Below, piece after piece: positions 19,273-29,652 of a DNA stretch of 64,000 bases (its first letter is position 1; every line of letters starts with the position of its first letter). The notes under the pieces were generated by a model. It was not told the origin of the DNA. It made no database searches and was given only the letters and a program-made list of their open reading frames with translations. The translations under genes and the position numbers were made by a program. The stretch comes from Candidatus Multivoradales bacterium (lineage in GTDB: Bacteria; Acidobacteriota; Thermoanaerobaculia; Multivoradales; Multivoraceae). The stretch covers positions 1,056,001 through 1,120,000 of the forward strand of contig CBDCWI010000001.1 of NCBI GenBank assembly GCA_965223325.1. Reading direction: 5' to 3'.

Positions 19273-19710
19273 GTGAGAACGTTCGAGTGCAGCGCACGCC
19301 GTGGTGTGCTTAGGGTCGCGTGTTGCGTGCTGGCTGCTCTGGCAGTCTCCGCCTGCGACAACGACGCGAAGAAAACACCGATGGAGCTCGGCGCCAAGAT
19401 CTATCGCCAGCAGTGCTCCACTTGCCACCTGGCAGAAGGTCAAGGTTCCCCCGGGCAGCAGCCGGCCCTCCGCGGCAGCCCGATCGTCAACGGACCAACA
19501 GCGCCGCTGGTCGAGGTGATCTGGTTGGGTTCGAACGCACCGACGGTGCGGGATCGCGAGCGCCTCGAGACTTCGATGGCCGGTTTTCTTCACCTCAGCG
19601 ACCGAGAAGTCGCAGCCGTCGCCACCTACATTCGGGCCAGCTTTGGCAACCAGTCTCCGGGCATCAGCGAAGAGAGCGTGCGGACTCTGCGTCAGGGTCC
19701 TCCCAACTGA
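19273..19710 (+). CDS. Monoheme c-type cytochrome, probable lipoprotein
   Basis: VSAC lipobox; GAKIYRQQCSTCH; MAGF..LSDREVAAVATYIRASFGN. Start approximate. Confidence 0.85.
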   Translation: MRTFECSARRGVLRVACCVLAALAVSACDNDAKKTPMELGAKIYRQQCSTCHLAEGQGSPGQQPALRGSPIVNGPTAPLVEVIWLGSNAPTVRDRERLETSMAGFLHLSDREVAAVATYIRASFGNQSPGISEESVRTLRQGPPN

Positions 19711-19840
19711 CAGCCAGACCCGCTTCGCACCCCTTCGCGACCCGGCGCCGCTGGTAGGATCCCGCCAAGTCCTCCCACCCTTCGGACGTTGCCGCACACC
19801 GCTTCCGCGCGGACGTCCGCTATGTCGAAAGGTGTCCCTC

Positions 19841-22003
19841 ATGTCTCGAACTTCCTGGATGGCCGTGTCTGCTGCCGTTCTAGCCCTATCCTTCGTTGGA
19901 TTCCCCGCTCCAGCGGCACATGCCGCACAGCCGATCGAACCCTGGCAAGTCGCCACCACGAAGAACATCAGCTCGGCCGTGGTTTCACCCGACGGGCAGT
20001 GGGTGGCCTACACCGTCTCGGTGCCGCGCAAGCCCATGAAGGACGACAACGGGCGCTCCTGGAGTGAACTGTGGCTGATGCCGGCCGACGGCGGCACCGC
20101 CCGCCCCTTCATCACCGGCGAAGAAAACGTCTCGCGCGTGCGTTTCACCCCCGATGGCGAGGCGATCTCCTTTACCGCCCAGCGTGGCGACGATGACAAC
20201 ACGGCTCTCTGGGTTATTCCCATCGCCGGCGGCGAGGCGCGCAAGGCCTTCGAGCATGAAGGCAGCATCTCGTCGTACGACTGGAACAGCGATGGTTCGA
20301 AGGTCGCCTTCCTCTCGCGGGCTGAGCGCTCGAAAGAAGAGAAGAAGGCGCGCGAGCAGGGCTTCAATCAGAACATCTACGAGGAAGATGGCCTTTTCAC
20401 CCAGGCGTTCGTCGCCGTGGTGAGCGCGCCCGGAAGCGACGACGAGTCGGAACCCGACCAGGTGGAGGTCGAAGGGTCGGTGCGCACGATCAGCTTCGGT
20501 GCCGACGGCGAGTCGGTGCTCGTGACCACGACGCCAACACCCCTGGTCGACGACACCTACACCAGTCTCGCCATCCTCACCGTCAATCTCGAGAGCGGCG
20601 ACATCGTACGGACTCCCCACACCGGCAAGCTCGGCACCGTGCGCGTCAGCCCCGACGGCCGTCACCTGGCGATGATCGGCGCCGAGGACACCAACGACCC
20701 GGCCGCCGGCCGGTTGCAGGTGACAGAGCCGGGCAAGAAGGCCCGGGACCTCCTCCCGGGCCTCGAGGGCCACGTGCAGAGCTTCGCCTGGAAAGACTCC
20801 GAACACCTCGTCTATGTCGCCGCTCTCGGTGCGGAAACGAGCATCGGCCTGGTCGACCTCGACGGTCACAACACCCCGCTCATCGAACCCGGCGTCGGCA
20901 TCTGGGGCGGCCTGCGAGAGTTCTCAGGCGACGTCACGACAATGATCGGCCAGAGCCCGGCTCACCCCTCCGAGGCCTTCCAACTGGCAGTCAAGAACGT
21001 CGCCGGGAAACCCACGGCGACGGTGACCCGCCTCACCGACACCAACCCCTGGCTCGACGACGTTTCGTTCGCGCGCCAGGAAGTCGTGCGCTACGAAGCG
21101 CGCGACGGGCTCGACCTCGAAGCAATCGTCGTGCACCCGCTCGAGAACGGTCCTCATTCCTCCGCCGGTCCCCATCCGCTGCTCCTGGTCATCCACGGCG
21201 GCCCTGAAAGCCACTACAGCAACGGTTGGTTGACCGGCTACTCGAGCTTTGGCCAGCTCGCCGCGGCGCGTGGCTTTCTGGTCGCCTACCCCAACTACCG
21301 CGGCAGCACCGGTCGGGGGGTCGAGTTCTCGAAGATCTCCCAGGCAGACGCCGCCGGCCCCGAGTTCGACGACTACGTCGACCTGATCGACCACCTGGTC
21401 GAAGCCGGTCTGGCGGACAACGACCGGGTCGGCATCACCGGCGGATCGTACGGCGGCTACGCCTCGGCCTGGGCGACGACCTACTACTCCGACCGCTTCG
21501 CCGCCGCCGCTCCCTTCGTCGGTATCAGCAACAACATCTCGAAGGTCGGCACCACCGACATCCCCCGTGAGATGTACGACGTGCACCATCGCAAGTGGCT
21601 GTGGGAAGACTGGGACTACTTCGCCGAGCGCAGCCCGATCTACTGGGTCAAGCGCAACAAGACGCCAACGCTGATCCTCCACGGCGCAGAAGATCCACGG
21701 GTCCATCCCAGTCAATCGCTGGAGCTCTTCCGCCACCTCAAGGTCCTCGACCAGGCGCCGGTGCGTCTTGTGCTTTACCAGGGCGAGGGCCACGGCAACG
21801 CGCGCTCCGCCTCACGCTTCGACTACATGTTGCGTGTCCTGCGCTGGATGGAGCACTTTGTGCGCGACGGCGAAACCGAGAAGCCGCCGTACGCGATCGA
21901 CTACACCGAGTGGCTGCCGTGGGTCGAAGAAGAAGACGAAGACGGGGAAAGTAGCGACAACGCCGCGGGTGGTGGCGAGCCAACGGGCAGCCGTGCGGGC
22001 TAG
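19841..22003 (+). CDS. S9 family (dipeptidyl aminopeptidase/acylaminoacyl) peptidase
   Basis: Signal peptide; PD40 propeller (SPDGQWVAY); IHGGP, PNYRGSTGRG, GGSYGG nucleophile, DPRV, EGHG. Confidence 0.95.
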   Translation: MSRTSWMAVSAAVLALSFVGFPAPAAHAAQPIEPWQVATTKNISSAVVSPDGQWVAYTVSVPRKPMKDDNGRSWSELWLMPADGGTARPFITGEENVSRVRFTPDGEAISFTAQRGDDDNTALWVIPIAGGEARKAFEHEGSISSYDWNSDGSKVAFLSRAERSKEEKKAREQGFNQNIYEEDGLFTQAFVAVVSAPGSDDESEPDQVEVEGSVRTISFGADGESVLVTTTPTPLVDDTYTSLAILTVNLESGDIVRTPHTGKLGTVRVSPDGRHLAMIGAEDTNDPAAGRLQVTEPGKKARDLLPGLEGHVQSFAWKDSEHLVYVAALGAETSIGLVDLDGHNTPLIEPGVGIWGGLREFSGDVTTMIGQSPAHPSEAFQLAVKNVAGKPTATVTRLTDTNPWLDDVSFARQEVVRYEARDGLDLEAIVVHPLENGPHSSAGPHPLLLVIHGGPESHYSNGWLTGYSSFGQLAAARGFLVAYPNYRGSTGRGVEFSKISQADAAGPEFDDYVDLIDHLVEAGLADNDRVGITGGSYGGYASAWATTYYSDRFAAAAPFVGISNNISKVGTTDIPREMYDVHHRKWLWEDWDYFAERSPIYWVKRNKTPTLILHGAEDPRVHPSQSLELFRHLKVLDQAPVRLVLYQGEGHGNARSASRFDYMLRVLRWMEHFVRDGETEKPPYAIDYTEWLPWVEEEDEDGESSDNAAGGGEPTGSRAG

Positions 22004-23267
22004 GTCGGGTTTCTGGGCAGCGACCGTTCTGGCCGCAGTGCTTGCTTCTGGCTGTTCGCCGGAGAGTGCCACTTCTGGCACGCCACAGGTCGCTGGCTAT
22101 GAGCCCGGCACCGTCCGCGTCGGCCTCTTCAACATTCGCGAACTGCGAGCCGCCAAGCTCACCGGGCTCGAGGCGCTGACGGCTGGGACAACCGACGCCT
22201 CGAGTCCTGCGGACGACGAGGGCATCGCGCAGGTCACGGCAGCGATCTCGATCGTGCGGGCCATGCGTCCCGACATCCTCATTGTTCAGGAGATCGACGC
22301 CCCTCCCGAAGATCCGGCAGTGAACGCGCGCCGGTTGCGCGACCTGCTTCGTGCGGAGCTCCCATCGTCGACGGTGGACAGTGAAGGTGCCCCGGGTGAG
22401 CCCATTGACTATCCGCACGTCTACTCCGCCACCACCAACACCGGAACCCTGAGCGGCCATGACCTCGACGGCGATGGACAAGTCGCCACCAGTGCCGAGG
22501 AGGGTAGCCGCGAACACGGCGGCGACTCGTGGGGCTACGGCACCTATCCTGGAGAGTACGGCATGGCCGTCCTGTCGCGGTTCCCCCTGGGCGAAGAGGC
22601 AGCGCGCACCTTCCAGAACTTCCGTTGGGCAAACCTGCCCGGCCACCACCAGCCCATCGACTTCTATGACGATTCCGAGCTGGCGGCGCTCCGCCTGTCG
22701 AGCAAGTCGCACTGGGACTTGCCGGTAACCCTCGGCGAGAACACCCTGCACCTGCTCGTTTCCCACCCCACCCCGCCGGCGTTTGACGGCGACGAAGATC
22801 GCAACGGTCGGCGAAATCTCGATGAGATTCGTCTCTGGGAGCTCTACCTCGACAACCGCTCCGTCCTCACCGACGACCAGGGGCAAAGCGGCGGACTCGA
22901 AGAAGGTGCTTTGTTCGTCATCGCGGGTGATCAGAACGCCGCCCCCACGGACGATGTGGTCTACGGCGATCAGAACGCCATTGGCCACCTGCTCGAGCAC
23001 CCTCGAGTTCAGAACCCGAGCTGCACCAGCAGCGGTGGCCTCGCCGGTCGTGAGCCCGGCCCGCCGAACTTCTGGGAGGAGGCGACCGCCGGCTTCCGTG
23101 GCGGACGCAGGTGGGACTACCTCCTGCCGGCGCGAGCACTCACGGCTCTAGAGTGCGGAGTGTTCTGGCCAACCTCCGAAGAGAACGCTGCTGGTGCAGC
23201 AATGGCAGAGCGAGCCTCCGACCACCGCTTCGTCTGGCTCGACATCTCTCTAGCTGCGACTCGGTAG
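21993..23267 (+). CDS. Endonuclease/exonuclease/phosphatase family lipoprotein
   Basis: ASGC lipobox; FNI...PDILIVQEID, YGMAVLSRFP, RLSSKSHWD, HPTPPAFDG, GDQNA, DYLLP, ASDHRFVW. Start approximate. Confidence 0.88.
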   Translation: MRARSGFWAATVLAAVLASGCSPESATSGTPQVAGYEPGTVRVGLFNIRELRAAKLTGLEALTAGTTDASSPADDEGIAQVTAAISIVRAMRPDILIVQEIDAPPEDPAVNARRLRDLLRAELPSSTVDSEGAPGEPIDYPHVYSATTNTGTLSGHDLDGDGQVATSAEEGSREHGGDSWGYGTYPGEYGMAVLSRFPLGEEAARTFQNFRWANLPGHHQPIDFYDDSELAALRLSSKSHWDLPVTLGENTLHLLVSHPTPPAFDGDEDRNGRRNLDEIRLWELYLDNRSVLTDDQGQSGGLEEGALFVIAGDQNAAPTDDVVYGDQNAIGHLLEHPRVQNPSCTSSGGLAGREPGPPNFWEEATAGFRGGRRWDYLLPARALTALECGVFWPTSEENAAGAAMAERASDHRFVWLDISLAATR

Positions 23268-23274
23268 CGCGCTG

Positions 23275-24795
23275 ATGACGAACGAGACGCGGGCGCCTCT
23301 GGCCGAGAGCGAGAGGGGCGCCGCCGCTCTCCTTGTCGTTGGCGTTCTGGTGCGTATTCTCGGTATCAGGCGGCAGAGTCCGAGTCTCGACGAGATTTCA
23401 GAACTCGGTCTCGCCAGGCTCCCCAGTGTTCCGGAGCTGGTGCTAGCGGGCGACGGCTTCCCGCCTCTCTTCCAGCTTCTTCTTCGTACCGGGCTCGGGG
23501 TGTGGAACAACGACCTGGTCGCGCGCCTCCTGGCGCTCACCTTCGGCTGCCTTCTCCTGCCGGTGATCTGGAAGCTGGCCCGTGATACCGCCGGCAGGCG
23601 CGCCGCGATGTTCACGCTCGCGCTCGCGGCGACTTCACCCTGGTTGGTGCAGGCGTCGCAGGATGGCCGTTCGTATTCGCTCTTCTACCTCGCCAGCGCT
23701 GTAGCGCTCCTCGGCTTCTTTCGGCTCCTCCGACAACCAGCGATCGACCAGTCCTCGCGATGGGCCACCGCCTGTTTGTCTCTTGGTCTTCTGGTAGCAG
23801 CCTGGACGCACTACTACACCGCAATCCTGGTTCTGGCGATGGTCGCGGCCGTCCTGTTCTCGCGCGAAGCCCGGACCGAGTGGCGCAGCTGGCTCACGCG
23901 TTTCGCCGCCATCGCCCTCACTTTCTTGCCACTCCTTTTCATTCTGCACAGCGACCTGTCTCATCAACAGGCCTACGCCGACTTCTTCATCGTCAACTTC
24001 GACTTCTTGGCGCTCGGCTACAGCTTCTGGAGCTTCCTGCACGGGCAAACAATCGGCCTGTCGACCGCCGAACTGCACGCGGTCTCGAAAAGCTCGGCGC
24101 TCACCGCGTACCTTCCCTACATACTCTGGAGCCTGGCGGCGCTCTTGCCACTCTCGATTGCACTGGTGAAGACCTATCGCGGGGCGGGCCGCGAGAAACG
24201 GGCGACGGTTCTCCAGCTGTTGACCTTGGCGCTCTTGCCAGTCTTGATCGCCGGGCTCCTTTCGACCGCGCTCGGCTTGACCTTCAAACCCAGCTACGCC
24301 GGCTGGTGCGCCCTCCCACTCCTTCTGCTCGCCGGCATCGGCCTGGCGGCCAGCAAGCGACAAACGGCCTCCCTCGTTCTCAGCGCCCTTCTGGCCCTCT
24401 CGTTCCTCGGGCTCTACAACCGCTTGGCACTAGAACGCTTCGCCAACGATGACCTCAGAAGTCTTGCCGGCTGGCTGACTGAAAACGCCGGCCCCGGCGA
24501 CACCGTCATGGTCTCGGCGCCCTACATGGCAGCACCGCTTCGCCACCACCTCCCAGGTTGGGACCTACCGGCCATCCCCTATGCCGACTGCACCGAAGAA
24601 ACCCTCGCAGCCGCGAACCAGCGCGTTCTAGAGGAGCTTTCCAAAGCCGACACCGAGCAGTCCTGGTTGGTGTTCTCCCGGCGCTTCCACGGCGACCCCT
24701 GCGGGCACCTCGCTGACAGTCTCGAACGAGGCTGGGACCTCGAGGCAAGAGCGCACTTCGCTGGCATCGACGTCTATTCCATCGGCCACCGGTAG
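23275..24795 (+). CDS. GT-C (family 39/ArnT/PMT-like) membrane glycosyltransferase
   Basis: Q-S---DE motif, PPLFQLLL, SQDGRSYSL, THYY; multiple TM segments. Confidence 0.8.
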   Translation: MTNETRAPLAESERGAAALLVVGVLVRILGIRRQSPSLDEISELGLARLPSVPELVLAGDGFPPLFQLLLRTGLGVWNNDLVARLLALTFGCLLLPVIWKLARDTAGRRAAMFTLALAATSPWLVQASQDGRSYSLFYLASAVALLGFFRLLRQPAIDQSSRWATACLSLGLLVAAWTHYYTAILVLAMVAAVLFSREARTEWRSWLTRFAAIALTFLPLLFILHSDLSHQQAYADFFIVNFDFLALGYSFWSFLHGQTIGLSTAELHAVSKSSALTAYLPYILWSLAALLPLSIALVKTYRGAGREKRATVLQLLTLALLPVLIAGLLSTALGLTFKPSYAGWCALPLLLLAGIGLAASKRQTASLVLSALLALSFLGLYNRLALERFANDDLRSLAGWLTENAGPGDTVMVSAPYMAAPLRHHLPGWDLPAIPYADCTEETLAAANQRVLEELSKADTEQSWLVFSRRFHGDPCGHLADSLERGWDLEARAHFAGIDVYSIGHR

Positions 24796-24805
24796 TCGAC
24801 TGGCC

Positions 24806-25870
24806 TCACTGACCACCACTTGGCTCGTCGACGGGAAGAGCAGCCAACCCATCGAGAAACGGCAGAACGCGTTCGCTGTAGTGAGGCTCCTCGGTACCCC
24901 AGAAGATGTAGTCGAGGCGAAGCTCAGACCGGGCAAACCGATCGAGCGTTTCGACGGTGATGCTCTTTCCGGTCGCGGGATCAGTCTCTGAAAGGTTGCC
25001 ATCTTGCACCGCTGCGCCGGCGACGACTCCAGGAGTCCGAGCCGCGATGAGAGGATAGCTGTGGCTCAGCTGGCCGCGTCTGAAGGGCAAGAGATCCGGG
25101 CCACCAACACCCACACCGACTTCCGCCGCGTGAGCGTGGACCGCACGCAGGTACCCTTTGTCGGTCCAGGGAAGCCACTCGCCCGGCATGAAATTGGCGT
25201 ACTGCATCGTCTTCGAAACCTCGAAGAGACCACCGAGTGCGGTCATCTGGTCCTTTACCGCTCCGAGATAGAGCTCTGGACTGAACCCGTCTGGGTTGAA
25301 CTCTCCGTTCTCGCCAAAATCGATCGCCGTCTCCGGCAGGTTCACACCTTCCAGCTTTCCGTCGAACTCTCGCGCGATCGCAGCGAGCAAACGAGTGAAG
25401 CGTTCTCGAACGGCCGGGTCCCACCGGCGTGCAACCCAGCCGTCGCTCTTCGTATCGCCACCGTCTCTTAGGAACTTCTCTGCGACGCCACCGGAGTAGC
25501 GCGGGTCTTCGGTGAGGTACGCGGGAACAGGAATCGTTTTCTCGAAGAACGAAACGTCCTGCACCTGAATGAACAAGCGCTTTGTGTGGGCCTCGAGAAA
25601 GCGCAGGTCTTCTGCGATCAACTCGAGCGCGTAGTCGCCCGGCGCAGGTTCCAGCTGCCGCCAGCTGTACTTCAACTGGGCGCCGACCAGGGCAGGGGTC
25701 TCGAGGAAACTCTCCTCTCGGATGCGCTCGCGGTCGTAGCCAAAGAAGACGAAGTGCATGGGCTCGGAGGGTTGCGCGACGGCGGGCCATGCCAGCGTCG
25801 CCATAAGGCCAAACAAGGCCAGGCGAAGAGTAGCCGTCGCCTGAGGATGTCCCGAGCTCCTTCGCTTCAA
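24806..25870 (-). CDS. Secreted protein, possible glycoside-hydrolase-like TIM barrel
   Basis: Signal peptide (AWPAVAQ); YSWRQLEPAPGDY and RWDPAVRERFTRLLAAIAREFDG resemble GH TIM-barrel motifs. Confidence 0.6.
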   Translation of the reverse strand: MKRRSSGHPQATATLRLALFGLMATLAWPAVAQPSEPMHFVFFGYDRERIREESFLETPALVGAQLKYSWRQLEPAPGDYALELIAEDLRFLEAHTKRLFIQVQDVSFFEKTIPVPAYLTEDPRYSGGVAEKFLRDGGDTKSDGWVARRWDPAVRERFTRLLAAIAREFDGKLEGVNLPETAIDFGENGEFNPDGFSPELYLGAVKDQMTALGGLFEVSKTMQYANFMPGEWLPWTDKGYLRAVHAHAAEVGVGVGGPDLLPFRRGQLSHSYPLIAARTPGVVAGAAVQDGNLSETDPATGKSITVETLDRFARSELRLDYIFWGTEEPHYSERVLPFLDGLAALPVDEPSGGQ

Positions 25871-25891
25871 CAGGAGAATCGTGCTACCTCC

Positions 25892-26482
25892 CTAGCGGCC
25901 GTTGCGCTCGTCTACTGCAGCGGGCCGTTCCGGCGGGCGGCACGGCAAGAAGATCGACTCCGCACCGGCGGCCGCCCATGTCCCTCGGCCTTCTCGCACC
26001 GCGTTCGCCTCGAGGTCCATGAAGCGAAGCGATCTTTCGTGCCCAGGACAGGAGCGAGCGAGACCAGCTGACACCAAGAGCTCGCGCACATCGAGACCCT
26101 CCCGGCCGGTTGCGACCAGCTCGAGCGACCCGTCGATGGGTTTCACGACCGCGCCTCTGCGTTCTGCAACGAGCTGGCGAGCCTCTTGAAACTGGGCGCT
26201 CCCGTGCCAGGGCAATGCAACGCCCCGAAGGGCAACCCACAAGAGACGGTCACCGTTGAGCCGCAGCTCGAGATGCCCCTTCTCTGACAGGCCCTCCAGC
26301 CGAAGCTCCTGCCCCATCCTCCCGGTGGCGTCGTCGCCCACATAACGGTCAATGAGCAGCTTGTCCCAGACCGGGCGCTCCGTACTCTCCTGCTGGACCA
26401 CCGGCTGGGCCAACACCACGATCAACGAAAGAAGCGCAGGTGCGAGCAAATCCCCTCCAAGAAGGGTCAGGACAGAGTTCAA
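25892..26482 (-). CDS. Divergent thermonuclease (SNase)-like protein
   Basis: VALRGV, DVRELLVSAGLAR, LEANAVREGRGTWA match the SNase C-terminal pattern; catalytic motifs look degenerate. Confidence 0.55.
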   Translation of the reverse strand: MNSVLTLLGGDLLAPALLSLIVVLAQPVVQQESTERPVWDKLLIDRYVGDDATGRMGQELRLEGLSEKGHLELRLNGDRLLWVALRGVALPWHGSAQFQEARQLVAERRGAVVKPIDGSLELVATGREGLDVRELLVSAGLARSCPGHERSLRFMDLEANAVREGRGTWAAAGAESIFLPCRPPERPAAVDERNGR

Positions 26483-26488
26483 ACCCAG

Positions 26489-26887
26489 CTACTCCGGCCA
26501 TTCGTCATGGTGTAGCGCCTCCTCGGACTCGCGATCCCAGTCCGCCCGCGAGCCACAGAAGATGTGGACCTTGATGTCTGTTCCGAGGTCATCTTCCATC
26601 AGCCCCGCCGGAACCCAGACGCGCTTCTCGTCGTGGCTGTCGGGCAACGGGCTACCGCACGTCTCACACCGCAGCGCAGACCAGCCGCTCGGCAAGGAGA
26701 AACGAGGCGGCTCCGCGCCCTCGGCTGTCCACCGAAACTGCTCCTTCGGAACAATCACCATCGAGCAGCCGTTCGACCCAGTGACCTTGCGACACTGCGA
26801 GCAGTGGCACTGACCCACGCCGGCGACAGCTCCGACGAGCTCGAAACGGTAGGTCCCGCACAGGCATCTGCCACGCATTTCAGTCAT
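26489..26887 (-). CDS. GFA/CENP-V family protein
   Basis: GRCLCG, CHCSQCRK, CETCGS, HIFCGSRADW. Confidence 0.92.
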   Translation of the reverse strand: MTEMRGRCLCGTYRFELVGAVAGVGQCHCSQCRKVTGSNGCSMVIVPKEQFRWTAEGAEPPRFSLPSGWSALRCETCGSPLPDSHDEKRVWVPAGLMEDDLGTDIKVHIFCGSRADWDRESEEALHHDEWPE

Positions 26888-26951
26888 CTCAACCTCCGCA
26901 CCGGCCTGTTTCGGCCGGCAGGCCAGACCGATTGGTTCACCGCAGCACCGG

Positions 26952-27839
26952 TCACTTCTCGCCTCGAGAGACTTGCAGGTGCCCGTGCTTTCGCGATCTC
27001 AGACGGGGATCCGTTCGAACCATGAGCTGGCCGATCCACCGTCTTCCACTCTCTTCACTCACCGAGACAGCTACCGACGCCACCCCCAGGGCGGCTTGTG
27101 GCGCACCGACGGTCCACCCGCTGTTCTCGAGATCAAGTGAGAGATCCTCGAGAAGTCGTAGGGCCGGCAAGTGAGATTTCATTGACCAGTTCCAATCCAA
27201 GTAGTTCTGGCCGTATTGTCCGCCACCAGAACGAAACCTGTCGAACAGGTTCCTCGTGAACGCTTCGAGCGGCCCACCATCCCCAGAGAAAGGCTGAAAC
27301 TTCGTGGCTGGCTCCGCACAGCCATCATCACTTCGGTAGAACCGGACGAGAACCCGAAGGCCGGCGTGAACCTGGCGACCCTTCGAGATACAGGCGCGCC
27401 CCACACCTCCGCAGTAGCAGGCCGTCTGCCCTCCAACGTCTCCCGCTCTCCAGGTTGATTTCGATGCCTCGGACCAGCCGAGTTTGAGTAGACGTGCCGC
27501 GAGCTCATCCAGCCGGGCATGCCCGCCTTGAAGATTCAGCACGGCAGCGCCCCAACTACCGTGGTCCACAGACACCAGAACCTCCACTCCCTCGACCTTG
27601 GGGACAAAGGCTCGGGCGAGCGGTGGCAGACCGCCGACCGTGAGCCGTTCCGCATCCCAGTACAGATCTGGATTCAGGAGCAGGAGCAGATCGTCGCTCG
27701 AGACGAAGTCGACATTTCGAACATCCTGGCCGAAGGAGGGCTTTCCCATGAGGATCACGGTTAGCAGGAGGACGAGCCGCGACAGAGCCCGCGCTGGAAT
27801 CGACTGGCTTGTCGAAAGACAGAAAGGGCCGAGAGACAC
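26952..27839 (-). CDS. Hypothetical protein, probably exported
   Basis: 295-aa ORF with an internal signal-like segment (RLVLLLTVILMGKPSFGQD); true start uncertain. Confidence 0.5.
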   Translation of the reverse strand: MSLGPFCLSTSQSIPARALSRLVLLLTVILMGKPSFGQDVRNVDFVSSDDLLLLLNPDLYWDAERLTVGGLPPLARAFVPKVEGVEVLVSVDHGSWGAAVLNLQGGHARLDELAARLLKLGWSEASKSTWRAGDVGGQTACYCGGVGRACISKGRQVHAGLRVLVRFYRSDDGCAEPATKFQPFSGDGGPLEAFTRNLFDRFRSGGGQYGQNYLDWNWSMKSHLPALRLLEDLSLDLENSGWTVGAPQAALGVASVAVSVSEESGRRWIGQLMVRTDPRLRSRKHGHLQVSRGEK

Positions 27840-28107
27840 GTTCAGAAAGCCATCCAGCTGAAGATCAATGCGGTACTCACCGTGACCCCAAGCTCGATGT
27901 AGGCAAACCCGTCGCGGTTGCCAAGCACGACAAGGGGCCGAACCCCCTCCTCACGCTTTCGGACGGGCACACTCCAACGGTGGCCCCCGGCAAGGGCCAG
28001 CACTCTACATCAATCACCAGGACTTCGACGCTCTCGTCAGACTCGCCCGGTCCTGCCACAAGCAGGCCGGGGCCGAAGAAGATCGCCTGGAGCAAGAAAG
28101 TCTTCAT
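27840..28107 (-). pseudogene. Frameshifted carboxypeptidase-regulatory-like (prealbumin-fold) domain gene
   Basis: Three successive frames give VEVLVIDVECWPLPGATV / PLVVLGNRDGFAYIELG / GEYRIDLQLDGF, which together rebuild one domain pattern. Confidence 0.5.
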
Positions 28108-28156
28108 CAACCTGCCGGGCGGACGATCCGCGCGAAGCGACAACGGGTTCGCCGCT

Positions 28157-28621
28157 TCATTCGCATCGGCGTGAAGCCCGTTCGAACGCACCCAGAAACC
28201 GTTTAGCGTTCTTCGTGTCAACTTGATCGAGCATCGACAGGCCTTCGCCAGATCGGCCAAAGACGACAAGCGCCCGCCCCAGATCTTCGAGGACCTTCGG
28301 GTTCGTTGGCTCAATGGACAAGGCCGACTCGAGGTGTGAAATCGCCTGCGCCCAGTCACCGAGTTGGCGACCGTAGTAGTTGAACCCGAGGCGCCGATTC
28401 GCTTCAGCCATCTGGGGGCGATCTGAGCCCGCTTCAACGGCGGCCCGCCAGGCCTCGAGCTGATCATCCTCGATCGGCATCAGCGAAGAGAACGCTCGCG
28501 CCGATTCCAGCCAGGTTGAAACGAATTCTCGCTCAGCCTCGCAGTAGACACCAGCAGGCTGCGACCAGCTCGGCGGGTTAACGAACAGAACCCCCATAGC
28601 GATCAACGAAAGAAGTCTCAC
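28157..28621 (-). CDS. Exported TPR-containing protein
   Basis: Signal-like N-terminus; LGDWAQAISHLESALSIEPTNPKVLEDLGRALVVFG TPR pattern. Confidence 0.7.
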   Translation of the reverse strand: MRLLSLIAMGVLFVNPPSWSQPAGVYCEAEREFVSTWLESARAFSSLMPIEDDQLEAWRAAVEAGSDRPQMAEANRRLGFNYYGRQLGDWAQAISHLESALSIEPTNPKVLEDLGRALVVFGRSGEGLSMLDQVDTKNAKRFLGAFERASRRCE

Positions 28622-28747
28622 CTCAGCCCCCTTTTGTCGTGTCGGGCTACTGTACCTTTCCTAGCTCCTCAGAACCCACCGCCTGCGGGTAGCGCCGTCG
28701 GTCGCGTGGATAACAATCGGAAGCTGCGCCCGGTTCTCAGCGAGGAC

Positions 28748-29551
28748 CTACAGCCTGGATCCCGAAACGATATGCGCCGGTGAATTGAAGGCCACTTCAC
28801 CATCTGCAGAAACGTACTCCGCGAGCGCGGTCTCCGCCTCCTCCAGGATCTCCCGGATCTGTTCTTCGTTCAGCGAAACTCCCATGACCGGCAGCCAACC
28901 CCTCAGATCCGCTTCGACCATCGTTCTGATGCTCGGAAAGCGGGCGGTACCGTTCACGGTTTCGACGCTTACCGACTCCACTCCGGAGTCTTCAAACAAC
29001 GCGACCAGCGCGGCTTTATCGCCCAACACAAAAGGAGCACGCAACGCGTTGGCGGCAGCATCACCGGCCAGTCGCTCGAGCAGTCCCACCTCGACCGGAT
29101 AAGCCTCGGAGTTCTCCAAACTGTCCCACACCGCCACAGCCAGCCTGCCACCTGGCTCGAGAACACGAATCATTTCGCGAATCGCCTCAGCGCGATCAGC
29201 GAAGAACATCAAGCCGAACTGACTGACAACGGCGTCAAACGACTGATCGGGGTACGGAAGTGACTCCGCTACACCCTCTTGCCACTCCACATCTGGAGCC
29301 AACTCAGCTGCCACTGCCAGCATGCCCGGCCCGGAGTCGATGCCCGCGACACGCCGCTCTGACCCGACACGGATTGCTGCTTCTCGAGCCAGAACCCCAG
29401 TGCCGCACGCAACGTCCAGCACCCGCTGCCCCGGCTCCACACCGGCCGCATCAAGCACGCGAGGGCACCACTGTTTGAATATCGCGGGCACATGAAGGGC
29501 TTCGTAGGCCCGTGCACCGGCGATCTGATCCTCGAGGTTCGGTTCGTTCAT
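28748..29551 (-). CDS. Class I SAM-dependent methyltransferase (UbiE-like)
   Basis: RVLDVACGTG, AESLPYPDQSFDAVVSQFGLMFF, RVLEPGGRL; GAGGAG RBS. Confidence 0.93.
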   Translation of the reverse strand: MNEPNLEDQIAGARAYEALHVPAIFKQWCPRVLDAAGVEPGQRVLDVACGTGVLAREAAIRVGSERRVAGIDSGPGMLAVAAELAPDVEWQEGVAESLPYPDQSFDAVVSQFGLMFFADRAEAIREMIRVLEPGGRLAVAVWDSLENSEAYPVEVGLLERLAGDAAANALRAPFVLGDKAALVALFEDSGVESVSVETVNGTARFPSIRTMVEADLRGWLPVMGVSLNEEQIREILEEAETALAEYVSADGEVAFNSPAHIVSGSRL

Positions 29552-29652
29552 CGTCAGCTTCTCCTCGGTTCGTTTAGGAGCTGTGGTCCATTCGCGGAAC
29601 TGGGGAGGCGATGTGAGCGACTTCGATTATCCGCGGACGCGCCCGATCAGCG

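Noticed and set aside
25892-26482. Anti-phage defence nuclease system
   Set aside because: Only a degenerate SNase-like gene with an export-like N-terminus; no recognisable defence partners nearby.
26888-28747. attC sites / integron
   Set aside because: Spacers contain AAC...GTT foldbacks but do not fit RYYYAAC...GTTRRRY well and no integrase is present; kept only as a check under the accessory-patch finding.
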